Positions 1-13,000 of a DNA stretch of 64,000 nt are shown piece by piece; the first letter of the stretch is position 1; every line of letters begins with the position of its first letter. The notes under the pieces are model-generated. The model saw nothing but the letters and a program-made list of their open reading frames with translations, made no database searches and was not told the DNA's origin. This DNA comes from Schmidtea polychroa. Lineage: Eukaryota. The stretch is taken from assembly GCA_044892525.1 (NCBI GenBank), contig CM097885.1, positions 236,346,001-236,410,000 of the forward strand, read 5' to 3'. Both the position numbers and the translations under genes were made by a program.

Positions 1-284
1 TGATTTCTTATTATCAATAATAATATAAATATTAATAATAAGTAATTCATTCTAACATTCAAATTTTTTGTTATGAAGTAAAACCATAAAATGTTGGAAC
101 TTATATCAGGTGAAACTGTTAATTATATGAGTATTGATTCTATGGTATCAGATGATCCAAATGACGTAATCAATTATCCTATTGAATTTCGTTCATACAT
201 TATGTCCACCAGGAATGCCAAATCATTTTGCTAAAAAATCAATCCAAAGAAAAATGCTCAATGACACAAAATTGATTATATTAA

Positions 285-3073
285 CCCTTTCATTCGGGAA
301 TTAATTCTGTGGGTAAATTAATTATCTAGACCATCAAACCTAGTAAGGGGACTCAAATTATGCAAAAAAATAAAAAAATAATTTAATTTTTTTTTTAAAT
401 AACGGCTTTAGAGAATGTACATTATATTGTACATTTCGAATCTGTAGGTGTTAATTTTACTGAGCTTTTTTATGTACCTTTGAATGAATTAAAATAAAAC
501 ACTATAGCAATTCTTCAAAAAAAAAAGAAAAAAAGAAAGAAATCAAAAATAAAATGTATGTTTATTCTGAATTCAACACATACTTATACAAACTATAAAA
601 AAATAACATAAATAAACAATATGTGTATCTATATACATATACACAAAAACAAAAAATAGGAACTTTGTATAAAAATAAACAAAAATCAATTTAGGAACTT
701 CGTGTTCTATTTTTTTAAAAACTCTTTCAGTTCTTGTTTCTAGGAAAATCTGAGAAACAATTTCTTAATTTATTAATACAAAGGTGAACCTTGCATTTAT
801 CACATAAAAAAATGTTCTACCCTTGCAGCCAATTTGTTTGCAACGAGTGGGTTCAGTTTTTTGATCATGTTGGGGCATATGATCAATGTCATCAAATCTG
901 ATATCCTTGTATGGTCTTATTTCCTGATTCTTTTTAGATCGTTTTTTTTCGATTGAAGTATCAACACTGGAATTTGAAAAAGGTCTACCCTTTTTACTTT
1001 CATTGCATGGTTTGCCTGCTGAAACTAAACTATTTGCTAATTCCATTCTAAATGCCAGTAAATCCTGTATATTTTTCTTTGGAATTTTTTGTATTTCACA
1101 ATCCCTTCTATACTCTAACCAACTGGCACATGTAGCAAAATCCATGAAATGAAAAAATACTCTCAATGGCCACTTCTTGGACTGGATAAAAACTCGATAA
1201 TAGCTGATAAGCTGATCTAGAAGATCCACTCCCCCCATGCACAGATTATACCGAGAAATAATCTCGGGCCGACAAATTTTTACATATTTTTTAGCAGTTT
1301 TATCCCATCTTTCCACTACTTCAGTAGTTCCAATTCCAACAAAATTCGAGCCTATGTGAATAGCCTTATTGTCCTGCCATTTTACTAAAACAATTTTTCC
1401 ATCCCTACTGACCACAGTGTCAGTTGCCCCCTGACCTTTCTTTGCGAGTTCCTTATCTGTAATAAATGGTGGATTAGCAAAACGATTTACTCTTAAGGTT
1501 CCTACGGCATTTATTCCTTTCTGCTTTAAAATTTCAAATAATTGGTATGAGCTGAAGTAATTGTCAAAATATAGATTATTGCCATTATTATTCGGTAACC
1601 GTTGCACCAAATGAAGTACAACACTAGCACCAAAACCAAATCTTTTCAAGTTAATAGCCGATATGTCTGTATCCGCGCCTTGGTATAAAAAGAAATCTTT
1701 ATGGTATTCCACTTTTACCACAAAGTATGAAAACCTTCATACCCCAGGGATTCGGTTTACCTTTCATTTATTGTTTCATTACTAAATGTCCTTTAAACGG
1801 TATAATCTGTTCATCAATACATAAATTTTCTTCCAGCGGCAATTGATTACACCGACGACGAATAGCATCAACCAAAGTTCTTACCTTATAGAACTTGTCC
1901 TTACAATCATTGGGTTTTTCCAATTTGTTCACAATATGCAAGTTATTTCTTAGCTGGAAAAATCTATCCGAAGTCATATGTTTTTTAAAAATTTCGATAT
2001 TTAGAACTGGTGACCAATACATTCTAAGGCGCGAAAACTTTAAACAGCCCATAAGCATATGAAGTCCAAATAATATCTTAATTTCTTGTGCATTTGTTTG
2101 TCTGAATCCATTTACATAATTTTGCTGTGCATAAATATTTGTATGAAATGCAAAGCTCTCAAACACTTCAGATGTGAAATATTTTTCAAAATATTTTAAA
2201 GGGGATTGAGCACCATCATTAACTATATTATTATTTAAGTTTTCATTAAATGTTGCTCTTTGAACTTCGGGCTGGAATTCTTTTCTTCGCCATTGTATAT
2301 CTGTTTTGTTTGTATGTTGAAATTCATCTAAAAATTCAATGGCAATAGGTTCATTTTGTTCACTCACCTCATTGTCCTCATAAATTTCTTTCTCTAAATG
2401 AGGAATGACGTCTTTTGGTTTATCAATTTCAACAATATCGTTAACATCTTCGTCCACCAAATTCGGAAATTTTTCTGTATTGTCTTCATCCTCAATATCT
2501 GATTCGCAGAGAATATCAAATATTTCTTTTACCGATAGTTGTTTTCTGGTCATTTTCCTAAATAGTTAATCAAAACTAAATTAGTCGTCAATTAAAATTT
2601 GAAAATTAATCAAAAATATTTTACCATTGATTCGGTATCTACAATATATAGTTATATACAATAAATTGCACACAATGATTGGTTCGAGGTGTACAGGATA
2701 TTGTACATTAATTTTTAAGTTATTTTTTATAAAAATATTATTGCCAATTTGCTGCAATAATATAATTTAATAATAAAATAACATTTTTTTTAAAAAATAC
2801 CGCAAAGTTTATTAAAATCGCTTTTAAACTTTTTACAATAACAGAGAAATAAATTTATACTTACCACAGGAATTTTTCTTTTTGCGTGTGCTCTTCACAA
2901 AATCAACTGAAAAATACTGAAAATGTCACTATTTGGCGCCAAAATTATTAAAATGTACTAGAACAAATTTCAATTTTCTTAAAAAGTACTTCTCACATTA
3001 TATTTTCGAAAAGGTACAACAGATATTCAGCACACAAAACTGTGTACAATATATTGTACACCGTATAAAAGGG
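285..3073 (-). mobile_element. piggyBac DNA transposon (defective)
   Basis: TTAA at 281-284 and 3074-3077. 13-bp imperfect TIRs CCCTTTCATTCGG / CCGTATAAAAGGG (11/13 match). Subterminal palindromic motif TGTACA(A/T)TATATTGTACA at ~416-433 and 3043-3060. Internal transposase. Confidence 0.93.
765..2553 (-). pseudogene. piggyBac (PGBD-like) DDD transposase, disrupted
   Basis: Motifs CIDEQIIPFKG, GKPNPWG, YFDNYF and MGGVDLLD, plus the start of the Cys-rich C-terminal domain. In-frame TAA at 1768-1770, frameshift near 1700 and a frameshift in the Cys-rich domain. Confidence 0.9.
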
Positions 3074-3697
3074 TTAACTGCATTAAAACAGAAATCATAA
3101 CAGGTAGTAATGAATATGAATAGGTTTGCGTTCCTTTAATTGATTTGGTAACAAGTGATAGCAATATGCCATTTAAAATAAAGCTTCGTCAATTTAGGTT
3201 AAATCAATATCAATTTGATTCTGACATATTAAAAATCTCAAACCAATGACGGAGATGGAGCAGAAACCCGAGAGCCTGGAATGGCATTAAGCTCGCATTT
3301 TTCTACCTAAAATTTCTGTTTTCATTTCAAAACAACAAAACATTTGAAATAGTTTTTATGTCAGTCCTCTACTGAATTTTGTCCTAGATAATTAATGATA
3401 TAGCGTTAGTGATGAATAATTAATTGAATAATTATTGTTAAATTAAATAAAATGATTAAAGGGAAATGTATAAAATAAAAGGTGTGTTGCGCCAAAATCC
3501 TGGAAAGTAATAGATAACAAAAGAAAAATAACAAAGAATGGGAAAAATCGAATAATGAAACATGTTAAGGTCATTTTAAATTAAAAAGTACAAAGTTAAA
3601 AAAGGGAAAACAAAATCAAAATGGCTTATTTCGATTGGCTAGTCGAGATAAGTAAAAGAAATCACCAATGAAGCCAGGAGATGGAATTTTCTAAATT

Positions 3698-4335
3698 ATA
3701 CATTTCTCAACAACTGTCAAGAGAATTGGAGAGAACCAAACGAAATTTGCAGGAAAGTATATTGAAATTGAAGTCAATATCAATACGATTGTGGACTTTA
3801 AAAGGAAACACGACTGGAATGAAAACAGAGTTGAGAAGCGAAGAAATTAAGAGAAATGAAGACAAGACAGAATTTATAAATGGAAGAAAACAGAAATTGT
3901 AAAGAAAGGAAGAAAATAAAATTGAAACAAAACCTGACGTTGATTGCGAAATTACCAGAGAAGCGATTTAAGAAGTTATTGAATATTTTCGAGTCAAAGT
4001 ACAAATAATAATACACCTAAATATTACATTTCTCAACAACTGTCAAGAGATATCAAGAGAATTGAAGAGAACCAAACGAAATTTGCAGGAAAATATATTG
4101 AAATTGAAGTCAATATCAATACGATTGTGAACTTTAAAAGGAAACACGACTGGAATGAAAACAGAGTTGAAAAATGAAGAAATTAAGAGAAATGAAGACA
4201 AGACAGAATTTATAAATAGAAGAAAATAGAAATTGTAAAGAAAGGAAGAAAATAAAATTGAAACAAAACCCGACGACGATTAAGAAATTACCGGAGAAGC
4301 GATTTAAGAAGTTATTGAATATTTTCGAGTCAAAG
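3698..4335 (+). repeat. Tandem duplication, two ~320-bp units
   Basis: TACATTTCTCAACAACTGTCAAGAGA...GTTATTGAATATTTTCGAGTCAAAG occurs at ~3698-3998 and again at ~4026-4336 with few substitutions. It explains the short ORFs at 3681-4486. Confidence 0.85.
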
Positions 4336-5136
4336 CCAAGAAGGCAACTAGATCATTGAAACTAGAAACAGTAGTCAAGTGTTTGTGAGTTCCAAGTTGT
4401 ATTGAAAATACTATTTCTCTCGAAGGGTTGTAATAAGCACTCAATTTTTTGCGTCTTTTAAATTGGTAGTCAATTATGTTAATCAATAAAGTTTATATTG
4501 TCTGGAGCCCGTTATTGTTATTAAAAAGGCACGCTTAGTAATCAGATCAATAATTGATAATATTTCATTTCATCGACAACCCCAACAATATTATACATTT
4601 ATGTAATGTTCAATGTGTAATATCTAACTATTTAATTCGGGAAAGGAATAAAGAATAAAGGAATTTAGAAAAGATATGTAGAGTTAGACATTCCATAATG
4701 GATAATGTGTACAAATTGCATTATTCCATTGCAGGTTTTCCTACTACAAACAAGCAGAAATAAGGACAACTAATGTGAAATATGTAATCGCCGATTTTTC
4801 GTTATTTATTCTCTACTCGGTTTTATTTCGAACAGAAAAAACTTTCTGTTTATCATTACGATTATCCAACCTTGTCAATTTTTTATTTTCCTCATCAGAT
4901 AAGGATTGTCGCTCCTTTAAACCAAATCCAATGGAATTTGTTCTTTCTCAACTTTAATATATCTTTTTAACAGAGATTTCGTTAAATATTCTTGGATAGA
5001 GTAGTAAATAAAGTATGAGATAAATAAACGACAAAATATTCACTTTCACTTTACAAGTAGTGAAAATCAATTCCTTGAACTTTATGCAATATTATTCTGA
5101 ATTGATGCATAAATAATAGTTCAAACTTTGATTTAG

Positions 5137-6668
5137 AGGACAAGCCAAATCCGGGGAAACAGTATTAATTCATGGTGCCAGTGGAGCTGTAAGTAATTTC
5201 TAATTAATTTATTGATTTCTGTAAACTTTTTTTTGGATTATTCAAACATAAAATTTATATTAAAAAATACAATTATACAAAAGTTTTATCAATAATTACT
5301 CATTAATTTTCTCGTCTCGTTGGATTTTCCTGCTTAATCTTAAATTTAAAAAACTTAATTTCTTTTGGGCATGGACTCGTCGGCTTGCGGGTGAAGGTTA
5401 ATAAACTTTGAACATATAAACATATAAACCTTTGTAAGGCCGCCAAATAATTTATATGAATGTGGGGATCACCAGTATAACCCAAATTATATGTTGAATC
5501 ACCCTACAAAGAATCCCAACAATTGGGATGTCAATGATTATATTAGTCATAGTTCGATCTTTGATCCAAGACAAATAACTAATTGATTATTTATGAACCG
5601 AGCAGCTAAAATAGCTATTTTCTGAAGGCAGAATTATATATTGGAATTGCTCCACCAATATCACGTAAGCTCGAAACTTTCAGTTTTTATGGATCAATAC
5701 CTCATTAGCCCGAATTTAGAAAAAAAATACTCATAAAAAAATTAAAAATCAGGGAAATTCAATCAGATAAGCGTTTGGTTAGGTAATTAAAAGTAATACA
5801 TAGGTTATATTCATGACAATAAATTTAATTAATTTAAACCAAAATTTAATAAAAATAAAATGTTGAAAATTGTCATTCGGGCTAATACGGTAGATAAAGT
5901 ACCAATGCGCAATGTTCTCGATCGAAACTGCAACAAATAACTTGAAGCAATTTAGGAAATGAAACTGTTTAGGAAGAATCGGTTAAAATATCCTTGTTCT
6001 GCAATAGACCTGATGTTTCCTCGACTAATGGATAATGGAGAGAAAATAATAGTTTGGAAGAAATTAATTATTACGTAATCGATAATTAAAAAATTATATG
6101 TTGAGTGCTGTCAAAAAAAATTTATATTTTTACAAATGGTATAGACAATATGATAAACTTTTTTTCCATTGAAATTGTATTTATTAAAAAGTTTGACTAT
6201 GAATCAGTAAATATATCGATGTTTTTCTAATATTCGCGAATTTTCAGCACTGCCTTTTTCAAGTGAATATTGAAAATATCAATATGATGTCAATATGTCA
6301 ATATCAATTAATTCATTAATTTTTAAAATCTATCTAGGTTATCCTCAGTACTTATTTTTGCTTTAATCTTTTGTTACAACATCCCACATGTAAACGTTTA
6401 AAAAGTGCAGATTAGTTTTTAAATCAGCATTTTTGTTGCAAAAATTTTAATTTTTAAAAGTATTTATTGGTTAATAATTATAGTTAAGTTTTCAAGAAAG
6501 TTGTTAATTTGTTAATTATAGTTAATTATACTCTTGGATCAGTTGTATGTTAAGGTAATAAATAATATTTATTCAGATATTTGGTAATAAATTATTACAG
6601 TATTATATCGTTTTCTCACACACTTACAAACATTTGTGGCAATGCTATTATTATTATTATTATTATTA

Positions 6669-6703
<35 letters not shown>

Positions 6704-9338
6704 AATTGATAATGATTATTTTTATAATCGAAAATTATTTCATTTTATTCAATATATAATTTGCAGCAAAGGATTTATATTATCATTTACTAGTTTAATA
6801 TTATTATTATTATTTATTGTGTTATATTTACCTCAAATTTGACATTTATATCGAAGTTAATAAATAATCAAAAAAATTTATCAGTACATTTATAATCCAG
6901 TCTATTCGAGGGTAGTTACAACATTTTTAAACCGTTGCATGAGAATCGTGTGATGTTGAATAAGTATATTTGAATCAGGTATTCATTTAACAAAAAAATT
7001 GTTTCCGCTAACCTTTTTTTTCACTTGAAAAAGGCAGTGCCGAAAATTCGTGAATATCAAAAACATTGATATATTTACTGGTGATTAATTTAATAAATAT
7101 TGTTGTTTTTATTTCCATATATATTTCACTGATAAAAAATAAATTGAAAAAGCCGATTAAAATCAATTTTACGCAAATTATTGATTTATAATGTTGTTAT
7201 TTCAATATTTTTGGTGTTTGTGTTTCTGCATTGGTAAAAATGGATAATTTACAGCAAGGGTGATGACGACTTCATTGATCATTATACATTACTGACACCA
7301 GCATGGATTAGTGCTGGTTGTTAAATGGGTATTTTAAAACTTTATAGCTCATAGTAAAAATGACTTGTAAATATTTGTGTTGACTTAGCTTTTGAGTTTT
7401 TACCAAAGTTCAATAATTTTTGCTTCTTTCTCTTTTTTGGAAGTTTTCATTTAAAATCACAATTGTGATTTGTTTTCTATGGATAAAATGGGATTTTTTT
7501 TAAATTTTGTAAAAGGTTGGAATCGCTTCTATTCAATTGGCCAAGGCCAATAATTTAACGGTTATCGGAACAGCAGGTACAACCGAAGGATTGGATATGA
7601 TCAAAAATATCGGTGCTGATTATGTATTTAATCACAACACCGATGGTTATGTCAATAATATAAAAGTATTTAGTAACAATGAAAATTATTTTTTGTAACT
7701 ATGGAAACAGGAAAAATTCGCAAATAAAATAGATATTGTTATAGAAATGCTGGCAAATCAAAATCTCGTTGTTGATTGTGAAATGGCTGCGTTTAAAGCA
7801 AGGATTATGGTAAATATTTAATGCTGCAATAATTATATAAATAAAAATATTTAATAAATAATAAAAAATAAAAAATTTCATTTTTTAAAATTATTTCGAT
7901 AGCTTAGATTCGATCTTTCCATACAAAAATTAGTAATATTTAAAATATATTTTGGGAAAATATTTCAATAACTAGGATGTCACAAAAATTCAATTCGACT
8001 AATAAAAACCTATATAATTACACCACTCCGTCGCTTTACGAAGTTTCACTATAACGTAATTTAGAAAAAAATTCACAGTCTCTGTTTGCGAAAAAAAAAT
8101 TTATTTAATTAGGGAAATCACACAGAAACAGAAATAGAATACAAAATAAAACAAACGAATTATTAATTGGGTACATAAATTAATTTAATTAACTCGAAAA
8201 AATTTTAAGAATGTAGATAAATTAATTAAATTAAATTTAAAAACAAAATACGGCTATAGTAAACTTCTCGGGGGGGTGCATAAATTAATTAATTAAATGA
8301 TGAGTTTTATTTATGCAAACTTTTGTAAATGATTTTTTTGTACAGAAAAAATATTTTTTTTATTAATACACCTAAATCTGTTTTTACACGATAAATACGT
8401 TCCTTATATATAAACAGTCCTTATATATAAACAGTCGTCAAAGCTTTTTAATAAATATTTTTATAGTATTCATAATTTCATATATTATTTTTTTATTGCA
8501 ATAATAATTAAATAAAAATAATTATTTAATAAAATAATATTAATTAATTATAACTTTTTGATTTATATTAGTCTATTAACTATTTTAATAAAAGTATTTA
8601 TTTAATTTAAATAAATTATTAATTATAACTTTTTAATTTCTTGAATTATTGTCATATTCATTTAAATATTTTAATATAAATTATAATTTTATATTTAATT
8701 CATTTTAATAATTATTTTAATTTCTATCTATTTATTATAGTGTAATAATCATTTAAATATATTTATTATTTATATATTATTCATAATTTGATTTTTGTAA
8801 TAATAAATAAATAAAAATAATATTAATTAATTATAACTTTTTAATTTCTTGAATTATTGTAATATTCATTTAAATATTTTAATATAAATTATAATTTTAT
8901 ATTCATTTTAATTTCTTTATCTATTTATTATAGTGTAATCATTTAAATATATTTATATTAAATAATTTTAACCTTTTAATCTATTTTTATATTAATTAAA
9001 AAAATTTATTTTATTTTTTTATTATTATTTGAGATTGTTGGCTGTCGTGGAACAATAAATTTTGACCCGAGATTAACAATGGGCAAATTATTGGACGTGC
9101 GCGGCGTTGCACTGGGAACGAATACATTGGTATGTGATAATATAGGATTTCTACCCAATTTCAGCATGACATTAAGGATCAATGGCAAAAGGCGGGTTTG
9201 CAGATGAATGAATGGTTAGAAAGCGGTGAGATTTGTCCAATCATATCGAAGGAATATGAATTAGTGGATGCCGCGACAGCTCATCACGATATTATATTCA
9301 ATAGTGGAACAACGGGAAAACTTGTTTTAAAAATTTAA
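5137..9338 (+). CDS. CRYZ: Quinone oxidoreductase / zeta-crystallin, 3' five exons (5137-5188, 7516-7665, 7711-7809, 9034-9129, 9177-9338); 5' exons not found in the window
   Basis: Phase-consistent GT-AG exons translate to GQAKSGETVLIHGASGA|VGIASIQLAKANNLTVIGTAGTTEG...GADYVFNH...|EKFANKIDIVIEMLANQNL...|IVGCRGTINFDPR...|DQWQKAG...AHHDIIFNSGTTGKLVLKI*. This is the NADPH-binding half of CRYZ. Introns of 45 nt and 47 nt are included; an alternative in-frame acceptor exists at 9164. Confidence 0.9.
6195..7080. repeat. Inverted pair of a ~65-bp dispersed repeat inside a CRYZ intron (6195-6266 and 7021-7080)
   Basis: CAGTAAATATATCGATGTTTTT...TTTTCAGCACTGCCTTTTTCAAGTGA is the reverse complement of TCACTTGAAAAAGGCAGTGCCGAAAA...ATATTTACTG with a few mismatches. 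A third copy lies at 44784-44852. Confidence 0.8.
6646..6702. repeat. (ATT)n microsatellite
   Basis: Directly visible TATTATTATT run with one interruption. Confidence 0.9.
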
Positions 9339-10062
9339 TTGTTTGGTTTTTTAAGTGATTTTATGCAATTTTTGAATGATTTTACTTTCACAATGTTTAT
9401 AATAAATTTTATTCTCAATGTTCTGACTTTTAATTTAATTGGAATATTTTCATTATATAAGTAGCTAGATTGGTTCTCAATTAATATAAAAGCGCGGAAA
9501 AACATTCACATGATTTTTTTACGCGGAAAACTGACAAAAAAATACATGCCCACAATGAGTGACCAATCACAAATTACTAACGTAAACGTAAAAAATACCT
9601 TATAAGCAAAGCAAATACCACGCGCAACAATACACCTAACCGCGAAAGTTAACATTGTCTATAATATACGTTGGTGTGCACACCACCTGAGGTGAGTGAC
9701 CAATTATATGACAATGTTAACTTAATTTCATTTTTTCAATATTTCAAAAATCGTTTTAAGGTAAGTTTGAATTGAAGTAATTTTTAGGACTTGAATTTTG
9801 ATTTTATATAATTATGAGATCATTATTCAAGTTCTTAAATATTACTGTTAGTCATCATTTATAATATTGATAATATATAACATTGATAATTAAATTTCAG
9901 GTGTTTTTTTAGGAATTTTATGGTATTTTATTTGGATTTATTTGGATTTATTTCGTAAAAATGTAAGTTAGATATTTTTCTAATTATAAATAAGTAAAGT
10001 AATCACCAAACATTTATTTTTTAAAGACATTTAGTAAAGAATGGATAAAATATTTTTTAAGT

Positions 10063-13000
10063 TTATGTAATCTTCTTTCGAATTTTGTCTATTTCTGTAA
10101 TTCTATGAAAATATTAATTTGTTAAAATAATTTATTAAAATTTACGATTTGCGATTTTTTTCCTGCAAATTCAAAGATGTCGAAGGATCTTCTTCAATAT
10201 CTGTAAATCTAAAGAAATTTTATATTCTAAATTATTTTATAATTAAAGTAGTGAGGAATCTATGCACCCCAGCACCCCCACCCTCATAAAAAACAGCGCT
10301 ATTGACCCATATTTTCCACATTTATATGCTTTTTTACCCCATATTCTTCACTTTTTTTAACTTTTAAACTTTGTCCCCTATTGCCATTAACCCTTAATTT
10401 CTTCCCTTAAAAGTAAAAAAGTTCGGAATAGATGTATTTATAGATTAGTAATTCCGAGAAAAGGTAACGGGGTGCATAGATTCCTCACTACTTGGTCTTA
10501 AGGATTTAATGTTATAAGGATTTAATGTTATAAGAATATCAGATTACCTAATTCATAATGATCTAGGTCGCCTGATCACCTTAAGGTTTTGAAAGTTTTA
10601 AAAATAAAAAATTTTATGAAAATAGTAAAACTGCTCTGAGGGGACAGTGGTATTTTTTTTTTTTTTCACTGTCCCCTCAACAGTTTTTTTTGATCCGGAT
10701 CATTTTTCTTTTATTTATCAACCTCTTTCGTTTATCAAATCTCTTCCAATATACAAGCTGGCCAGACTCATACATCAGAATCAATTCGATAATAGCAGCA
10801 CACCTTATTATTCGCTTCTCGCTCGAATACGATTTCAACGGCGTTTTAAGCGTGCTGCTCGAAAGTTCAAATGAATTCGAAAGCGAATCCGAAAGAGGTC
10901 CGAAAACAACCAAGAAATAAATGTGCACATTACCGGGATCGATCCGGGGGTGTTCGAAAGACAGGTGGCGATAATTACCGGTTCGCCACCATCACCCGTT
11001 TCAATATTTTTTTTTTCATATTTATGTTTAAAAAATAATTAATTAATAAAAAAATAAAATAAATAAAATAAAATATACAAGTACTTTATAAATATAAGAT
11101 ACCCACACTATTTTCAATATTATTTTCAAATTTTTAATATTATTTTATGTTGAAAAAAAAACTAACCTCAGATGTGATTTGAACCACTATCCATTTGAAC
11201 CACTGTGCCAGTCTATTCCCACTGCGCCATCAAGGTTTGAATTTTTCTCATTTTTTAGACTATAAATAATCGATTCAAGTTCTTTAACTCTTTCCTGTAA
11301 TTGTTTCATTTTCTTCAATCTTATATCAGCAACATCTACAGCCTTCATATAAAAATGTCGATACTTTTCATTATCTACCATCAACTCTTTGATGTATTCT
11401 AATGGTTCTTCTTCTCTTCTTTTCATTCTCTTATGTTTAACTTCATTCAATTCATTTCTCATTCTTTCTTTTAACTCATCCATTTTTATAAATATTTTTT
11501 TATTGGATATATTAATTTTTGGTAGTTAAAACGTTTTTGATCTTAAATTTCCAAGAGTTGCCGTTGACCAATCACCTTAAAAATTTGTAAAAGTACTAAA
11601 TCGAGTATGCTGATCAATATTTTGTTTAAAAAAAAATTTGAAAAAAAATTGACCGAAATGGGATTGCAGTCGAGTGCTATTACCACTAAGCTATACTCAA
11701 TATAAAATAAGTTGTTAATGTGTGACTATTTATTGATGAAATTAATAATTAATTATTCATTTTCTTGACAACTACCACTCAGATCGATCTGAAAATTTAA
11801 ATATATACTAAAATCAGTACGCTGAATCAGATTCCGTTGAAAAAAAAATATCGAAAAAAATTGACCAAAATCGAAAATTGAACCCGGTACTCCCGGTGAT
11901 TAAATTGAAGCCTATTCCCACTCCGCTATAATGGCTTACATAATATATTTAATTAATCCTATTTTGTGTGTGTAAATTTTAATATATAAAAATGAATAAC
12001 ATAAATCTTAAAATTCAAGAAAAAAATAAATTAAATCTTGATTATAATAAAGAATTTACTCATGAAATTAAAAAAAATGATATTTTAAAAATCTCTCCAA
12101 CTTCAGGATCTATTGCAAACTTAAATCGTAGGGGTGATATAGTTTTTCAATCTCTTCAAACATCAAACCCTATAGATATTTGTAATGCCAAATTATATTA
12201 TAAAATCGAATTAGAAATTGAAGCAAACAAAGATATAACCCTAGAAAATAATTTCTTTCCAAATTTATTCTCCAACATGAGATTAAAACTAGGATCATCA
12301 GAAATTGAAACTGTTTTGCATCCGGGAGTATATTCTACAATGTTAAATTTTATTTTGACTGGTTGTGATTATAAAAACGAATATGGTGAATTAACAGGTT
12401 GGATTCCTGATGTTAATAAAGGGGATTTAGATAAAGATGGTTTAGATGTAAACCATGGTTACCATAAAAGAGCTGAACTTTATAAATCTAAAAAATTTGA
12501 AGGTTATTTTGAATTAAAAAACTTGTTTGGATTCCTTCAAAACTATAATCGTATACTTCATAATGTTTTTATAGAATTCATCTGTAATAGAGTAGAAGGT
12601 GATAAAAGATTGTTCTATGGAGCTGTAGATACAAAAGCTAAATTAAAATTATCAACACTTGAATTACATATACCTGAATGGACATTAAACCCAAATTCTG
12701 AGATTAAACTCCTTGAAAGATTAAATTCCAACAAGTCTATAAATGTAAATTATTTAAATAGAATCTGTAGTGAATTTAGTATGACAGAGGGTTCAACATA
12801 TTCTATAAAGGTAGCAAATTTAGCATACCGACCAAGATATATCTTGATTGGATTCAAAGAAAAAGATTCATCTTTCCAAAAAATAACAATCTATTTATTC
12901 AAAAGATTGGAGATGATAATTTAAAAACAATACAAATTCAATTAAATAGTTCTTATTATCCAATAAATAGAATGGAATTTAATATTGAAAATAATGAAAA

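Larger units (their letters stand above)
88..3195 (+). pseudogene. Helitron-type PIF1 helicase remnant, split by the piggyBac insertion
   Basis: Left flank translates to ISGETVNYMSIDSMVSDDPNDVINYPIEF...HTLCPPGMPNH. Right flank (from 3076) translates to NCIKTEIITGSNEYE*VCVPLIDLVTSDSNMPFKIKLRQF. These are consecutive motifs of the Helitron RepHel C-terminal helicase (YPxEFL..PxGxPxH ... ITG ... IPxI ... PF ... RQF). Stops and frameshifts present. Confidence 0.75.

Noticed and set aside
8400..9000. Extremely AT-rich duplicated blocks in the CRYZ intron
   Set aside because: Low-complexity local duplications with no evidence of function.
11649..11699. Functional tRNA-Cys gene
   Set aside because: The T-arm and a pairing acceptor stem are missing. 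Kept only as a tRNA-like unit.
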